From contig LBRU01000009.1 of the NCBI GenBank assembly GCA_000991575.1, positions 698-64,697 of the forward strand: a stretch of DNA of 64,000 nt. The letters are read 5' to 3'. Origin of the DNA: a candidate division TM6 bacterium GW2011_GWE2_36_25. GTDB lineage: Bacteria; Babelota; Babeliae; Babelales; UBA12409. Below the pieces are notes generated by a model that ran no database searches, was not told the DNA's origin, and saw only the letters and a list, made by a program, of their open reading frames with translations. Shown in pieces: positions 34,365-42,831 of this stretch. The first letter of the stretch is position 1. The number at the start of each line of letters is the position of its first letter. Made by a program: the position numbers and the translations under genes.

Positions 34365-35727
34365 TTGCATTCTTATTTTATTTGGTGCCTTGGGTGATTT
34401 GGCAAAGAAAAAAATTATTCCGGCGCTCTATTCACTAGTACACAAAGAGCAGCTCGACAATTTACACATCATCGGCACTGATTTAGCAAATATCTCAAAA
34501 CATAACATGCTCAAAGCTGCACAAGAACTTTTGCCTGAAATCGATGAAAAAACATGGCATGCATTTGAACAAATTACACATTATCAGCAACTCGATATTA
34601 ATAATTTAGAAGACTTTAAAAAACTAAAAGAATTTATTGAGGTTATAGAAAAGAAACACAATCTTTCTGGAAATCGATTAATATATTGTGCGACACCATC
34701 AGATCTTTTTAGCACGATTACCAAACAGAGTCATGCTGCCCGCATTATTACCTGCACGTCAATTGAAGAAAGACCATGGCAACGCATTATTTATGAAAAA
34801 CCTTTCGGGCGTGATTACACATCGGCAAAAAAACTTAATAAAGAAATTCACAATTGCCTCAATGAGACACAAGTTTATCGCGTTGATCATTATCTCGCAA
34901 AAGAGCTTATTGCCAATATCACGTTACTGAGATTCACCAATCGAATGCTTGAACCGCAATGGAATCATCATGACATTGCATCGGTAGAAATTATTTTAGA
35001 TGAAGAAATCGGTGTAGCACATCGTGGAAATTATTATAATCAAACAGGCGCTCTTCGCGATGTGGTACAAAATCACATATTTGAACTTCTTGCGTTAGTA
35101 AGCATGGAACCACCGACGACTATTACCGGATCAGACTTACAAGAAAAACGTGCTGAGGTTCTCAAAAATCTTTCTTTCGACAGCGGCATTCTCGGACAAT
35201 ATGAAGGATTTCGTACAATCGATGGTGTAAAAAAAGATTCTATGACAGAAACGTTTGCAGCTCTAAAACTCTTTGTTAATAACGAACGCTGGAAAGGTGT
35301 TCCTTTTTACATTCGTACGGGCAAATGTTTACAAAAAACTAAAAAATTAATTCATCTCAATTTTAAACCAGAACATTGTCGTTTAATCGCCGGCTGTCCA
35401 TTACCCGCAAACCGTTTAACCATTGCTATTGAACCTCACGCAGGATTTTCGCTTGAACTTAATGCAAAAAAACCTGGTTACACAACTACCGTTGTTCCTA
35501 TCACGATGGAATTTTGTCATGAATGTTTATTCGGCGTTTATACACCTCAGGCATATGAAGTAATTTTATTAGAAGTCATTGATGGCGACCAAGGAATCTC
35601 GGTCCGCTTTGATGAAATTGAATACAGCTGGAAAATTATTGATGAAATTTATCGCAAACAATTACCTCTCTATTTTTATAAATGCGGAAGCAATGGACCA
35701 GATGAAGAATTTGAGGGAAAAATATGA
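34357..35727 (+). CDS. zwf: glucose-6-phosphate 1-dehydrogenase
   Basis: N-terminal LFGALGDLAKKKIIPALY, the active-site motif RVDHYLAKE, and EKPFG. It overlaps pgi by 8 nt. Confidence 0.9.
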   Translation: MRDCILILFGALGDLAKKKIIPALYSLVHKEQLDNLHIIGTDLANISKHNMLKAAQELLPEIDEKTWHAFEQITHYQQLDINNLEDFKKLKEFIEVIEKKHNLSGNRLIYCATPSDLFSTITKQSHAARIITCTSIEERPWQRIIYEKPFGRDYTSAKKLNKEIHNCLNETQVYRVDHYLAKELIANITLLRFTNRMLEPQWNHHDIASVEIILDEEIGVAHRGNYYNQTGALRDVVQNHIFELLALVSMEPPTTITGSDLQEKRAEVLKNLSFDSGILGQYEGFRTIDGVKKDSMTETFAALKLFVNNERWKGVPFYIRTGKCLQKTKKLIHLNFKPEHCRLIAGCPLPANRLTIAIEPHAGFSLELNAKKPGYTTTVVPITMEFCHECLFGVYTPQAYEVILLEVIDGDQGISVRFDEIEYSWKIIDEIYRKQLPLYFYKCGSNGPDEEFEGKI

Positions 35728-36716
35728 AGATCGGCATCATTGGTTTAGGAAAAATGGGAAGCGCAATTGCCACACGACTTGCACAAGGAGATCATGATGT
35801 TATTGGTTATGATCCACATGTAAAAATAACCATTAACCGGGTAAAACAAGTTGACGCACTCCAAGCAATCACTCAACAAGAGATTATTTGGCTTATGGTT
35901 CCTGCAGAAGCCATTGATAAAATCTTGCAAGAACTTACACCCCATTTAATTGAAAAAAACATATTGAAAGGCTGCGCTCGTCCTGATGCTTCGTCTACGC
36001 TCAGCACTAAAGGCTGCGCTCGTCCTGATGCTTCGTCTACGCTCAGCACTAAAGGCTGCGCTCGTCCTGAGCTTGTAATTATTGATGGCGGAAACAGTTT
36101 TTATAAAGATTCTAAAAGACGTGCAAGCACATTGGCAAAATCAAACATTTTTTATCTTGATTGTGGAACCTCTGGTGGCATTCATGGATTAAAAGATGGT
36201 TTTTGTTTAATGATCGGTGGCAATGAAGATGCATTTAAAAAAGCAGAACCCATTTTCGAAACAATTGCAGCAAAAGATGGTTATGCCCTAGTTGGTCCTT
36301 CTGGCGCAGGTCATTATGTCAAAATGGTGCATAATGGAATTGAATACGCGTTACTCCAAAGTTATGCAGAGGGCTTTTCAATTTTACACGCAAGCCGACA
36401 ATTTCCCCATTTAAATTTAGAACAAATAAGTGGCTTATGGATGCATGGTTCAATTATACGTTCCTTTTTACTTGAATTAACTCATGAAATTTTTAAAGAA
36501 AAAATAGATTTTAACAAAATTAAAGGAATAATTGGAGAAAGTGGCACTGGTAGATGGGCACAAGAAGAAGCAAATTTATTAGGCCTTAATACACCGGCGC
36601 TTGAAAGTGCTTTGAAAACGAGAAAAGAATCACAGATAAAGGGCGACTCGTTTACCATGAAACTCATCGCCCTTTTACGAAATAAATTTGGTGGCCATCC
36701 TGTTGAAAAAGAATAA
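35724..36716 (+). CDS. gnd: 6-phosphogluconate dehydrogenase (short, YqeC/Gnd-like form) carrying an in-frame repeat insertion
   Basis: MKIGIIGLGKMGSAIA Rossmann start, IIDGGNS, GTSGG and GAGHYVKMVHNGIEYA. A 36-aa insert (KGCARPDASSTLST x2 plus KGCARPEL) sits directly before IIDGGNS. Confidence 0.85.
   Translation: MKIGIIGLGKMGSAIATRLAQGDHDVIGYDPHVKITINRVKQVDALQAITQQEIIWLMVPAEAIDKILQELTPHLIEKNILKGCARPDASSTLSTKGCARPDASSTLSTKGCARPELVIIDGGNSFYKDSKRRASTLAKSNIFYLDCGTSGGIHGLKDGFCLMIGGNEDAFKKAEPIFETIAAKDGYALVGPSGAGHYVKMVHNGIEYALLQSYAEGFSILHASRQFPHLNLEQISGLWMHGSIIRSFLLELTHEIFKEKIDFNKIKGIIGESGTGRWAQEEANLLGLNTPALESALKTRKESQIKGDSFTMKLIALLRNKFGGHPVEKE
35967..36076 (-). repeat. 42-bp unit array (about 2.6 units) inside gnd, opposite orientation to the uvrD array
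   Basis: ATGCTTCGTCTACGCTCAGCACTAAAGGCTGCGCTCGTCCTG occurs at 35986-36027 and 36028-36069, with partial units on both sides. It is the reverse complement of the 24171-24436 unit with 3-4 substitutions. Confidence 0.85.
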
Positions 36717-36720
36717 AATC

Positions 36721-37620
36721 TTACATAAATTTTCTAAATAATTTGCGTAATACACAAAAAGAACCATAGAGTACTGCAGGATACAAAAATGTATGCACCT
36801 GCTCCACACGACGCACCTGTTTAAATGCGTCCTCAAATTGTTCAAACGGTGGTTGAAATGACGTTAAATCTACTTCTTCTGATTTAGCAGATGCTGTTAA
36901 TAACCCATGTTTCTGAAGAATTGTACTCATGACTCTATCTTTGTATGGTCTCAAATATAAATGACGACTACTGTCATCATGAACAAAATAAACATTTTTA
37001 TTGCCATTTTTTTTCAATGCATAATATAACGCTTTTGCATGTACATCAGGTAAAATACAATCTCTCATTGCATGCATGATAACAATAGGACACTCGGTAC
37101 TAATTCTTGAGACTGATTTTATCGGTTGCCTTCCAATGGGACGATAAAACGGATGCCATAATTTTACGATATAAGGCATCCAATATGCCGATAATGGTAA
37201 TTTTGGCAATCCAACTAAAAAGCTTTCTGAAACATCTTTTATTGCCAAATTAGCAGAAGCAAAGGCTCCTTCTAAAAAGACTCCTTTTATACGAGCATCA
37301 TCTTGATGATCAGCAAAAAAATTGAGTGCGGTTGCACCACCATTGCACACGCCATAAATTATGCCCTCTTTTGAAATATCAGAACTCAACCTGCGTCCAC
37401 TCCAAAACTGTCCTAAATCTTTTAGAAACAATGGAAAACTCTCAACAAAAATTATATCAGTTTTATCAGAATCCAATGTTTTTTTTAAATAGGATGTAAA
37501 CTCCCTAAATCTGTCTCCTCTACACCCAGGAGCCGCATACACAGTCAATTTTTTTGAGTCTTTTTCCATTCCAAAGAGACTGCATGAAAAAAGTAAAATG
37601 GAAACTAAATATTTTTTCAT
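36721..37620 (-). CDS. secreted alpha/beta hydrolase, dienelactone-hydrolase-like (G-x-C-x-G nucleophile elbow)
   Basis: Start placed at MKKYLVSILLFSCSLFG (ATG 37620), preceded by GGAGGTTAAT. The track start 37716 overlaps the upstream gene. The GVCNGG elbow suggests a Cys nucleophile as in dienelactone hydrolases. Confidence 0.45.
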   Translation of the reverse strand: MKKYLVSILLFSCSLFGMEKDSKKLTVYAAPGCRGDRFREFTSYLKKTLDSDKTDIIFVESFPLFLKDLGQFWSGRRLSSDISKEGIIYGVCNGGATALNFFADHQDDARIKGVFLEGAFASANLAIKDVSESFLVGLPKLPLSAYWMPYIVKLWHPFYRPIGRQPIKSVSRISTECPIVIMHAMRDCILPDVHAKALYYALKKNGNKNVYFVHDDSSRHLYLRPYKDRVMSTILQKHGLLTASAKSEEVDLTSFQPPFEQFEDAFKQVRRVEQVHTFLYPAVLYGSFCVLRKLFRKFM

Positions 37621-37639
37621 ATTAACCTCCAAATTGTCA

Positions 37640-38680
37640 TTAGCTAGGACGACATCCTGGAAGACCATGATCATCTTCATGATCGCGCTCTCGAGACTCC
37701 GGTTCTCGACCATCAAAAATTCTCTCTAACGCTTCAAGCCTATGACGCAGTTCTATCGCCGCAACGAGCTCACGCGCACGAGCATAAACTCGGTCACGCT
37801 CTGTAAGCGCATGAACAAGTGACAACATTGAACCCAAAATCTCATTATCAGCTGAAGCTTCTTCATGCCCTGCTCGGCCAACAAAACTACTGCGCGGTTC
37901 TTCGGAATTTCGATTTGAAGATAATCCTCTAACAAATCCGCTTGCAAACCTTCTTTCCGCATCTCTACGTCGTGCAGCTAAACCAATTTCTTCAGTTCTG
38001 CCGCGTTCGGATAAATCATTTCTAGCAACTGATCGAGAACTCTCTTCCAATGCAGCTTCCAAATCACGTTCTTCAGCTCTCTCTGAACGATGATCCCCCA
38101 AACCAAAAAATCCTCTTGCAAATCTTCTTTCTGCAGCCCTGCGACGCTCAGCTAAATCACGAGCTTCTGCATCTCTGCGGCTCTCAGCCAATATACGCAC
38201 AAAATCGTGATCGTGGGGATATGATTCATCACTTTCTAATTCATCGTGAGCCGAAGGCCTCACAAGTATTATACCAGGACCTACTTCTCTTACTTCACGT
38301 CCTTCTGAGGCAAATATTGAAAGAAGCGTCGGCAAATCTAATCCATGATCATCATCTGAACGAACACGCACATACTCTTTCTCTAACTCATCTTTAAGTG
38401 GCTTACGGCATACTGGACACCCATAAACACCAACGCCCTCTTTAAGTTGCCTTGTCAAACATTCCTTGTGAAAAATATGTCTTGCGTCACCATCTTCACA
38501 TAATTCTTCACATGTAAGAATAGCTTCCGACGGTTCAATATCACTTAAACAAATTGGACATGTAGCGGTCTTAACTTCTTCAACTTCCGCTGGAATCTCT
38601 TTTTTACCATCAACCTCTTTTTCTTTCCTTGCGTTAATGGAAAAAATTAATAACAACATACAAATAGATAACTTTTTCAT
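37640..38680 (-). CDS. secreted RING-like (RING-H2-type) zinc-finger protein with Arg/Glu-rich repeat tail
   Basis: It has a signal peptide. The motif CPIC-x12-C-x3-C-x6-H-x2-H-x2-C-x13-CPVC resembles a cross-brace RING. The C-terminal half contains the duplicated segment RRRAAERRFARGF / RRRDAERRFASGF and is visibly more GC-rich than its surroundings. Confidence 0.55.
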   Translation of the reverse strand: MKKLSICMLLLIFSINARKEKEVDGKKEIPAEVEEVKTATCPICLSDIEPSEAILTCEELCEDGDARHIFHKECLTRQLKEGVGVYGCPVCRKPLKDELEKEYVRVRSDDDHGLDLPTLLSIFASEGREVREVGPGIILVRPSAHDELESDESYPHDHDFVRILAESRRDAEARDLAERRRAAERRFARGFFGLGDHRSERAEERDLEAALEESSRSVARNDLSERGRTEEIGLAARRRDAERRFASGFVRGLSSNRNSEEPRSSFVGRAGHEEASADNEILGSMLSLVHALTERDRVYARARELVAAIELRHRLEALERIFDGREPESRERDHEDDHGLPGCRPS

Positions 38681-38778
38681 AAAATTCCTTTTTAAAAAAT
38701 AAACATTAAAATCATCATTTAGAATAGCAGAATTGACAGAATTGTCAAATAGAAATTATAAAGATTTGCACATTTAGA

Positions 38779-39078
38779 TTAAAAATTTAAGAAGGCCGCT
38801 AGCGGAATGAGTTCTTGATCAATTCGCTTTTTAAACGAATTATCAATTTTATTGTATTGAATAATGTCCACCGTGAAAGGAAGATCACTTTCTTCAAATT
38901 TTTCTTTGAGAAGTTCATATTCGTAATCAGATATATCACTTTTAAGACAAATATCTAAATCTGAAAAAGGTCTCTGTGTCCCCTTTGCTCTTGAACCAAA
39001 CACATAAACCTGATCGTAATCTTTTAAAATAGTACGAAGAATATCAATGTCTTCAGAGGATATGCCATGTTTTTTCAT
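38779..39078 (-). CDS. minimal nucleotidyltransferase (MNT/MntA-type antitoxin)
   Basis: VYVFGSRAKGTQRPFSDLDI matches the GSxxxG...DxD NTase signature. It is 99 aa long and overlaps the upstream HEPN gene by 4 nt. Confidence 0.8.
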   Translation of the reverse strand: MKKHGISSEDIDILRTILKDYDQVYVFGSRAKGTQRPFSDLDICLKSDISDYEYELLKEKFEESDLPFTVDIIQYNKIDNSFKKRIDQELIPLAAFLNF

Positions 39079-39536
39079 AAATTTTTAATCTGATCTATTA
39101 TTTTTGATAACTGCTTTTGAAAATGAGGCAAAAATTCAAAAATCTCTTTCGCATACATCTCACTATAAATATGCGTCGTCATATTACGTTTTTTTATTAC
39201 CTCAAACCAAATTTTAGGATCTTCAATTAGATGTTCTTTTGCTGCTTCACGAAAAACATCACGCGGATTATTAATATTCAAGCCTTTAAATGCAAGAACT
39301 TTTTTGAGCATCTTCCATAATAATTCATAGGTAAACTCAAATCGCTGAATTGCCCCATCTCGTTCCAATTGCGTTTGAGCCTTAGCGACAGCTTCATCAA
39401 ATGCTCGTTGCGCTTTTATAAGCGGCGCAATATTAATTTTTCCATTCAAAATAGTTATTTCATCCGTCACAGAACCCCTCAAATTATTATCATAATGATC
39501 AGCGTAACAGGAACAAAAAAGAAAACAACTTGGCAA
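39075..39536 (-). CDS. HEPN-domain protein (HI0074/NTase-substrate-binding family; HepT-type toxin)
   Basis: It carries the R-x4-H-x-Y motif (KKRNMTTHIYS) and the FEFTYELLWKMLKKVL helix typical of the HI0074 family. The true start is probably downstream of the annotated ATG. Confidence 0.7.
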   Translation of the reverse strand: MPSCFLFCSCYADHYDNNLRGSVTDEITILNGKINIAPLIKAQRAFDEAVAKAQTQLERDGAIQRFEFTYELLWKMLKKVLAFKGLNINNPRDVFREAAKEHLIEDPKIWFEVIKKRNMTTHIYSEMYAKEIFEFLPHFQKQLSKIIDQIKNL

Positions 39537-39577
39537 AATTGTAGCGGCTTGATAAAAATAAATAAATAAAGGAGTTA

Positions 39578-40402
39578 ATGATGCATCATTATTTCTCTCT
39601 TCTTCATATTTTTTCTTGGTTAGATTGCGTTGAAATTTTGTTTTTCACATTTATCATCTTCAAATTTAGTCGATGGTTGCGACAAGATCAACGAAGTAAT
39701 CTGCTCGGTTATTTTTATTTGGGTGCAACAGGACTTCTCTTGGCACACTTATTTGACCTGGAAGCTATCAAACAATTTTATCAGATAAGCTGGCCTATTA
39801 TGTTGATGATTTTCATCATAATTCATCAAAAGAGTCTACAAAAAAATTTCGTTGCTGCACGAACGTTGACGCCAGCTAAATATCCGGAGCAAGGTTCCTG
39901 GCTCTCATTAATCATGGGCGCTGCATTCAAAGGACTTCAACATAAAAAAAATCTTACCTTTGTTATTGAAGGAAAAGATGAACTTGAAGAATTCATTAAT
40001 AAACCCATTACCGTTAATAGCCCTATTCAAGAATCACTTCTCAATATGATCATCGAAAGTTCAATTACTCAATCAGAAACCATGATATTACTCACCCATT
40101 ATGGAAAATTAATCGGACTCAATGGCTCTTGGCAAAAAGAAATCGATCCACTCTGGTTAGATAAAAAATATGAAACGTACGAAATATGGGAACAAGGAGC
40201 TCTTTATTGGAGTCATCACATTGATGCACTCGTTTTTCAAGCTGATCCATTAACAAAAACAATTACGCTTATTGCCCGCGGAACGAGGGTTCCTCTGCTC
40301 ACCAGTGATAAAGCGACTTCAATCATTGAACAATATATCCGCAAAAACCAATTACCACCCCTACAAAAAAAGACACAATCGCAAGAAGGAGCTCTTTCAT
40401 GA
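39578..40402 (+). CDS. CdaA-like membrane protein (diadenylate-cyclase fold, catalytic motifs not conserved)
   Basis: The 3-TM N-terminus aligns with CdaA (VEILFFTFIIFKF... IIIHQKSLQKNF versus B. subtilis VDILLVWYVIYKL... IIIFQPELRRAL). In the C-terminal domain, the positions of DGA and RHR read SET and SHH. Confidence 0.45.
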   Translation: MMHHYFSLLHIFSWLDCVEILFFTFIIFKFSRWLRQDQRSNLLGYFYLGATGLLLAHLFDLEAIKQFYQISWPIMLMIFIIIHQKSLQKNFVAARTLTPAKYPEQGSWLSLIMGAAFKGLQHKKNLTFVIEGKDELEEFINKPITVNSPIQESLLNMIIESSITQSETMILLTHYGKLIGLNGSWQKEIDPLWLDKKYETYEIWEQGALYWSHHIDALVFQADPLTKTITLIARGTRVPLLTSDKATSIIEQYIRKNQLPPLQKKTQSQEGALS

Positions 40403-40749
40403 ACAATCTTAAATCTATTTTATGCTCAAATTATGTTACCTTTGCGTGCGCATTAATCTTGGGTTACAGTTTATGGCTCATGTTATCTCACAATCAAATT
40501 ATTCAACAAAAAATTACTATTCCCGTAACGATTTACAAAACAAAGAACACGGTAGATATCACCACCTCGATTGAAGCCATGATTGAAGGAGCTCGTCATC
40601 AACTCAGATCAATGTATTATCATCCACCAAAAGTGGCCATTTATCGCGATGAACGCCCCGGAAATCCTGTTCAAATTTATGCAGATGATATTTTGTTACC
40701 TGAAACTTTAAGCGTCATCAATTATTGGCCACACGAAATTACAAACTAA
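40399..40749 (+). CDS. short YbbR/CdaR-like membrane protein
   Basis: There is a 4-nt overlap with the CdaA-like gene. An N-terminal TM (FACALILGYSLWLML) is followed by a beta-rich segment (ITIPVTIY), the usual CdaA-CdaR arrangement. Confidence 0.35.
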   Translation: MNNLKSILCSNYVTFACALILGYSLWLMLSHNQIIQQKITIPVTIYKTKNTVDITTSIEAMIEGARHQLRSMYYHPPKVAIYRDERPGNPVQIYADDILLPETLSVINYWPHEITN

Positions 40750-40837
40750 ATTTATGAGCACATAAAATTTCTTCTTCGGTAGTGTGAAGATTTTTTCTAT
40801 GTTCATCAAAATAATTTAAAAATGATAAATCACCAAA

Positions 40838-41932
40838 TTATAAACCTAAGCGTGCAGATAAAGAACATACCAATGGAATAGAAACCAAAGTCAAGCCGTA
40901 ATTTATCAAATCAACTCCAAGATTAGGTGAAATTTTCGCTGAAATAAAACCAGAAGAGAATGCATAAAGACCTATTATTAGAAAAGTAGATTTACTTGGT
41001 ACATCGAATATCTGATGCATCCCTAAAGCAAATTCTCTTTGAACATAACCTCTTAATGTTAATCGCCTATCGGTTTGAATACCAATCGAACTTCCTTCTC
41101 GTGCTAACACTGAATATAAGGATGATGCAAACATAGGAAACCTAACTGCAAAATCACATTCAGTCATTTGATCACGTTTATCAGCAAGTTCCTTGCCCAA
41201 ATATCTCAGAACATCATATTCAGCAAATTCCTTAAAAAGAGTGTCAAAATCTTGATAATTCAAAGAATTAATCAATCCTTCCCTCAAACTATGTATTACT
41301 AAAAATTGTCCTATTGTTCTCACTGTTACCGAAGGTACTCGTAAACCCTCCAGACTGAAATCTTCCACCATTGGTTGACATGGCAATAATAAATTGCGCT
41401 CAAAACGCTTCTTTAAAAAACCATCAACAAGAAATTTAAGACCCTTTTTTTCACATTGTGCATAAGATTCTTTTGTGCAACGCATTAACTGTCTATATCT
41501 TTTTACAAATTCTTGTAAACAAGAAAGCGCTCTTAAAATATCCAAAATCTCATCCTTAATAAGTTGCATACAAAAATAATCTGCAAGACGATAACACTCT
41601 AAAAGATTTTCTAAACTCATCTTAGACATCTGAGATTTTCTACTTGTTGAATCATTCAGCAATGAAACAAATAATTCAATTATCTCTGAAGGTGCATCAA
41701 CATCAAGGCATTCATCTTTAAACAAAGGTAATGTTTCACGAGCAAGCGTTCCTGATTCAAAAAGCTCTCTCCCCTCTGATTGAAATGCCGTTCGTGGTAA
41801 AAAACTATCAAAAAGAACAGCATCAACTACAAATTCTTTTCCATCAGAACTCTTTAATTTAATGTCATTGGCATCTAAACCAAATATAGTTAAACATCCC
41901 AACCAAAGCGCCAATATATTATATTTTTTCAT
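40838..41932 (-). CDS. secreted/membrane protein with N-terminal Skp1/BTB-POZ-like domain
   Basis: Start placed at MKKYNILALWLG (ATG 41932), preceded by AGGGGTGAT. IKLKSSDGKEFVVD... strongly recalls the Skp1 N-terminus (IKLQSSDGEIFEVD). There are hydrophobic C-terminal segments. Confidence 0.4.
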   Translation of the reverse strand: MKKYNILALWLGCLTIFGLDANDIKLKSSDGKEFVVDAVLFDSFLPRTAFQSEGRELFESGTLARETLPLFKDECLDVDAPSEIIELFVSLLNDSTSRKSQMSKMSLENLLECYRLADYFCMQLIKDEILDILRALSCLQEFVKRYRQLMRCTKESYAQCEKKGLKFLVDGFLKKRFERNLLLPCQPMVEDFSLEGLRVPSVTVRTIGQFLVIHSLREGLINSLNYQDFDTLFKEFAEYDVLRYLGKELADKRDQMTECDFAVRFPMFASSLYSVLAREGSSIGIQTDRRLTLRGYVQREFALGMHQIFDVPSKSTFLIIGLYAFSSGFISAKISPNLGVDLINYGLTLVSIPLVCSLSARLGL

Positions 41933-42172
41933 AATCACCCCTAAAATCTTTGTAAACTTCATACAATCAATTATAGTTAAAAATTTATGTTTGTCAATTT
42001 TTTTAATGATTTTGATGAAGCAAAATTCTCAATGAGCATTTAATCAAAAATATATTCTAACACCCAGATAAGATAGCTTGCTTTTTCATTATCGGGTAAA
42101 CTAGTCTCATAAAGATATTTTTACTATTTATGTAATTTTTAAGATAAGCTCGAAATAAAACCGAAGGTAATT

Positions 42173-42808
42173 ATGATAAAAAAAGTTAAAAGAACCATTT
42201 TAGAGCAGTTACAGTCGCTCTTTCTTAATGGTTTATTTATGTTACTTCCCGTTACCATAACATTTTATCTTTTCAAATTCGCCTTCAGAATTATACAATC
42301 ATGGATTGAACCATTGCGAAGCATCGAACCCGAATATTTGCGCGCCATTCCTTATCTTGAATTTGCACTCGCACTCAGCCTCATTCTTCTTCTTGGGTTA
42401 ATTTCGCGCAATTTTATATTTAAGCAACTCATGCATTATGCAGAAAAAGTCATCTTAAAAATACCACTCATTCGCCCTGTCTATAATGGCTCTAAACAAA
42501 TTGTTCATGCATTCACTCACAACGATAAGACCAGCTTTCAACAAGTCATTTTTATAGAATTTCCACGAAAAGGGGTCTACTCACTCGGATTTCTGACAAG
42601 TGAATTAAAACCAGAATTTGCTCCACATAATGGTGACGACATTTATTACAATGTTTTTATACCCACAACACCAAATCCGACAACGGGCTATTACATTATC
42701 GCAAAAAAAGATGATTTTAAGTTGGCAAACCTCACACGCCAAGAAGCAATGAGCCTAATCATCTCCGGTGGTATTATTCAACCAGAAAGGCCTTTCGAAG
42801 AAGCTTAA
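42173..42808 (+). CDS. DUF502-family membrane protein
   Basis: Two N-terminal TMs (FMLLPVTITFYLFKFAF), the conserved IPLIRPVY and PTTPNPTTGYY motifs. Confidence 0.65.
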   Translation: MIKKVKRTILEQLQSLFLNGLFMLLPVTITFYLFKFAFRIIQSWIEPLRSIEPEYLRAIPYLEFALALSLILLLGLISRNFIFKQLMHYAEKVILKIPLIRPVYNGSKQIVHAFTHNDKTSFQQVIFIEFPRKGVYSLGFLTSELKPEFAPHNGDDIYYNVFIPTTPNPTTGYYIIAKKDDFKLANLTRQEAMSLIISGGIIQPERPFEEA

Positions 42809-42831
42809 AATAGATTCTTCAGGCAATCTTG

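Noticed and set aside
37621-37716. The upstream 32 codons of track ORF 36721-37716, which overlap the RING-like gene.
   Set aside because: The internal ATG at 37620 has a GGAGG RBS and begins a typical signal peptide. The extension overlaps the 3' end of the upstream CDS.
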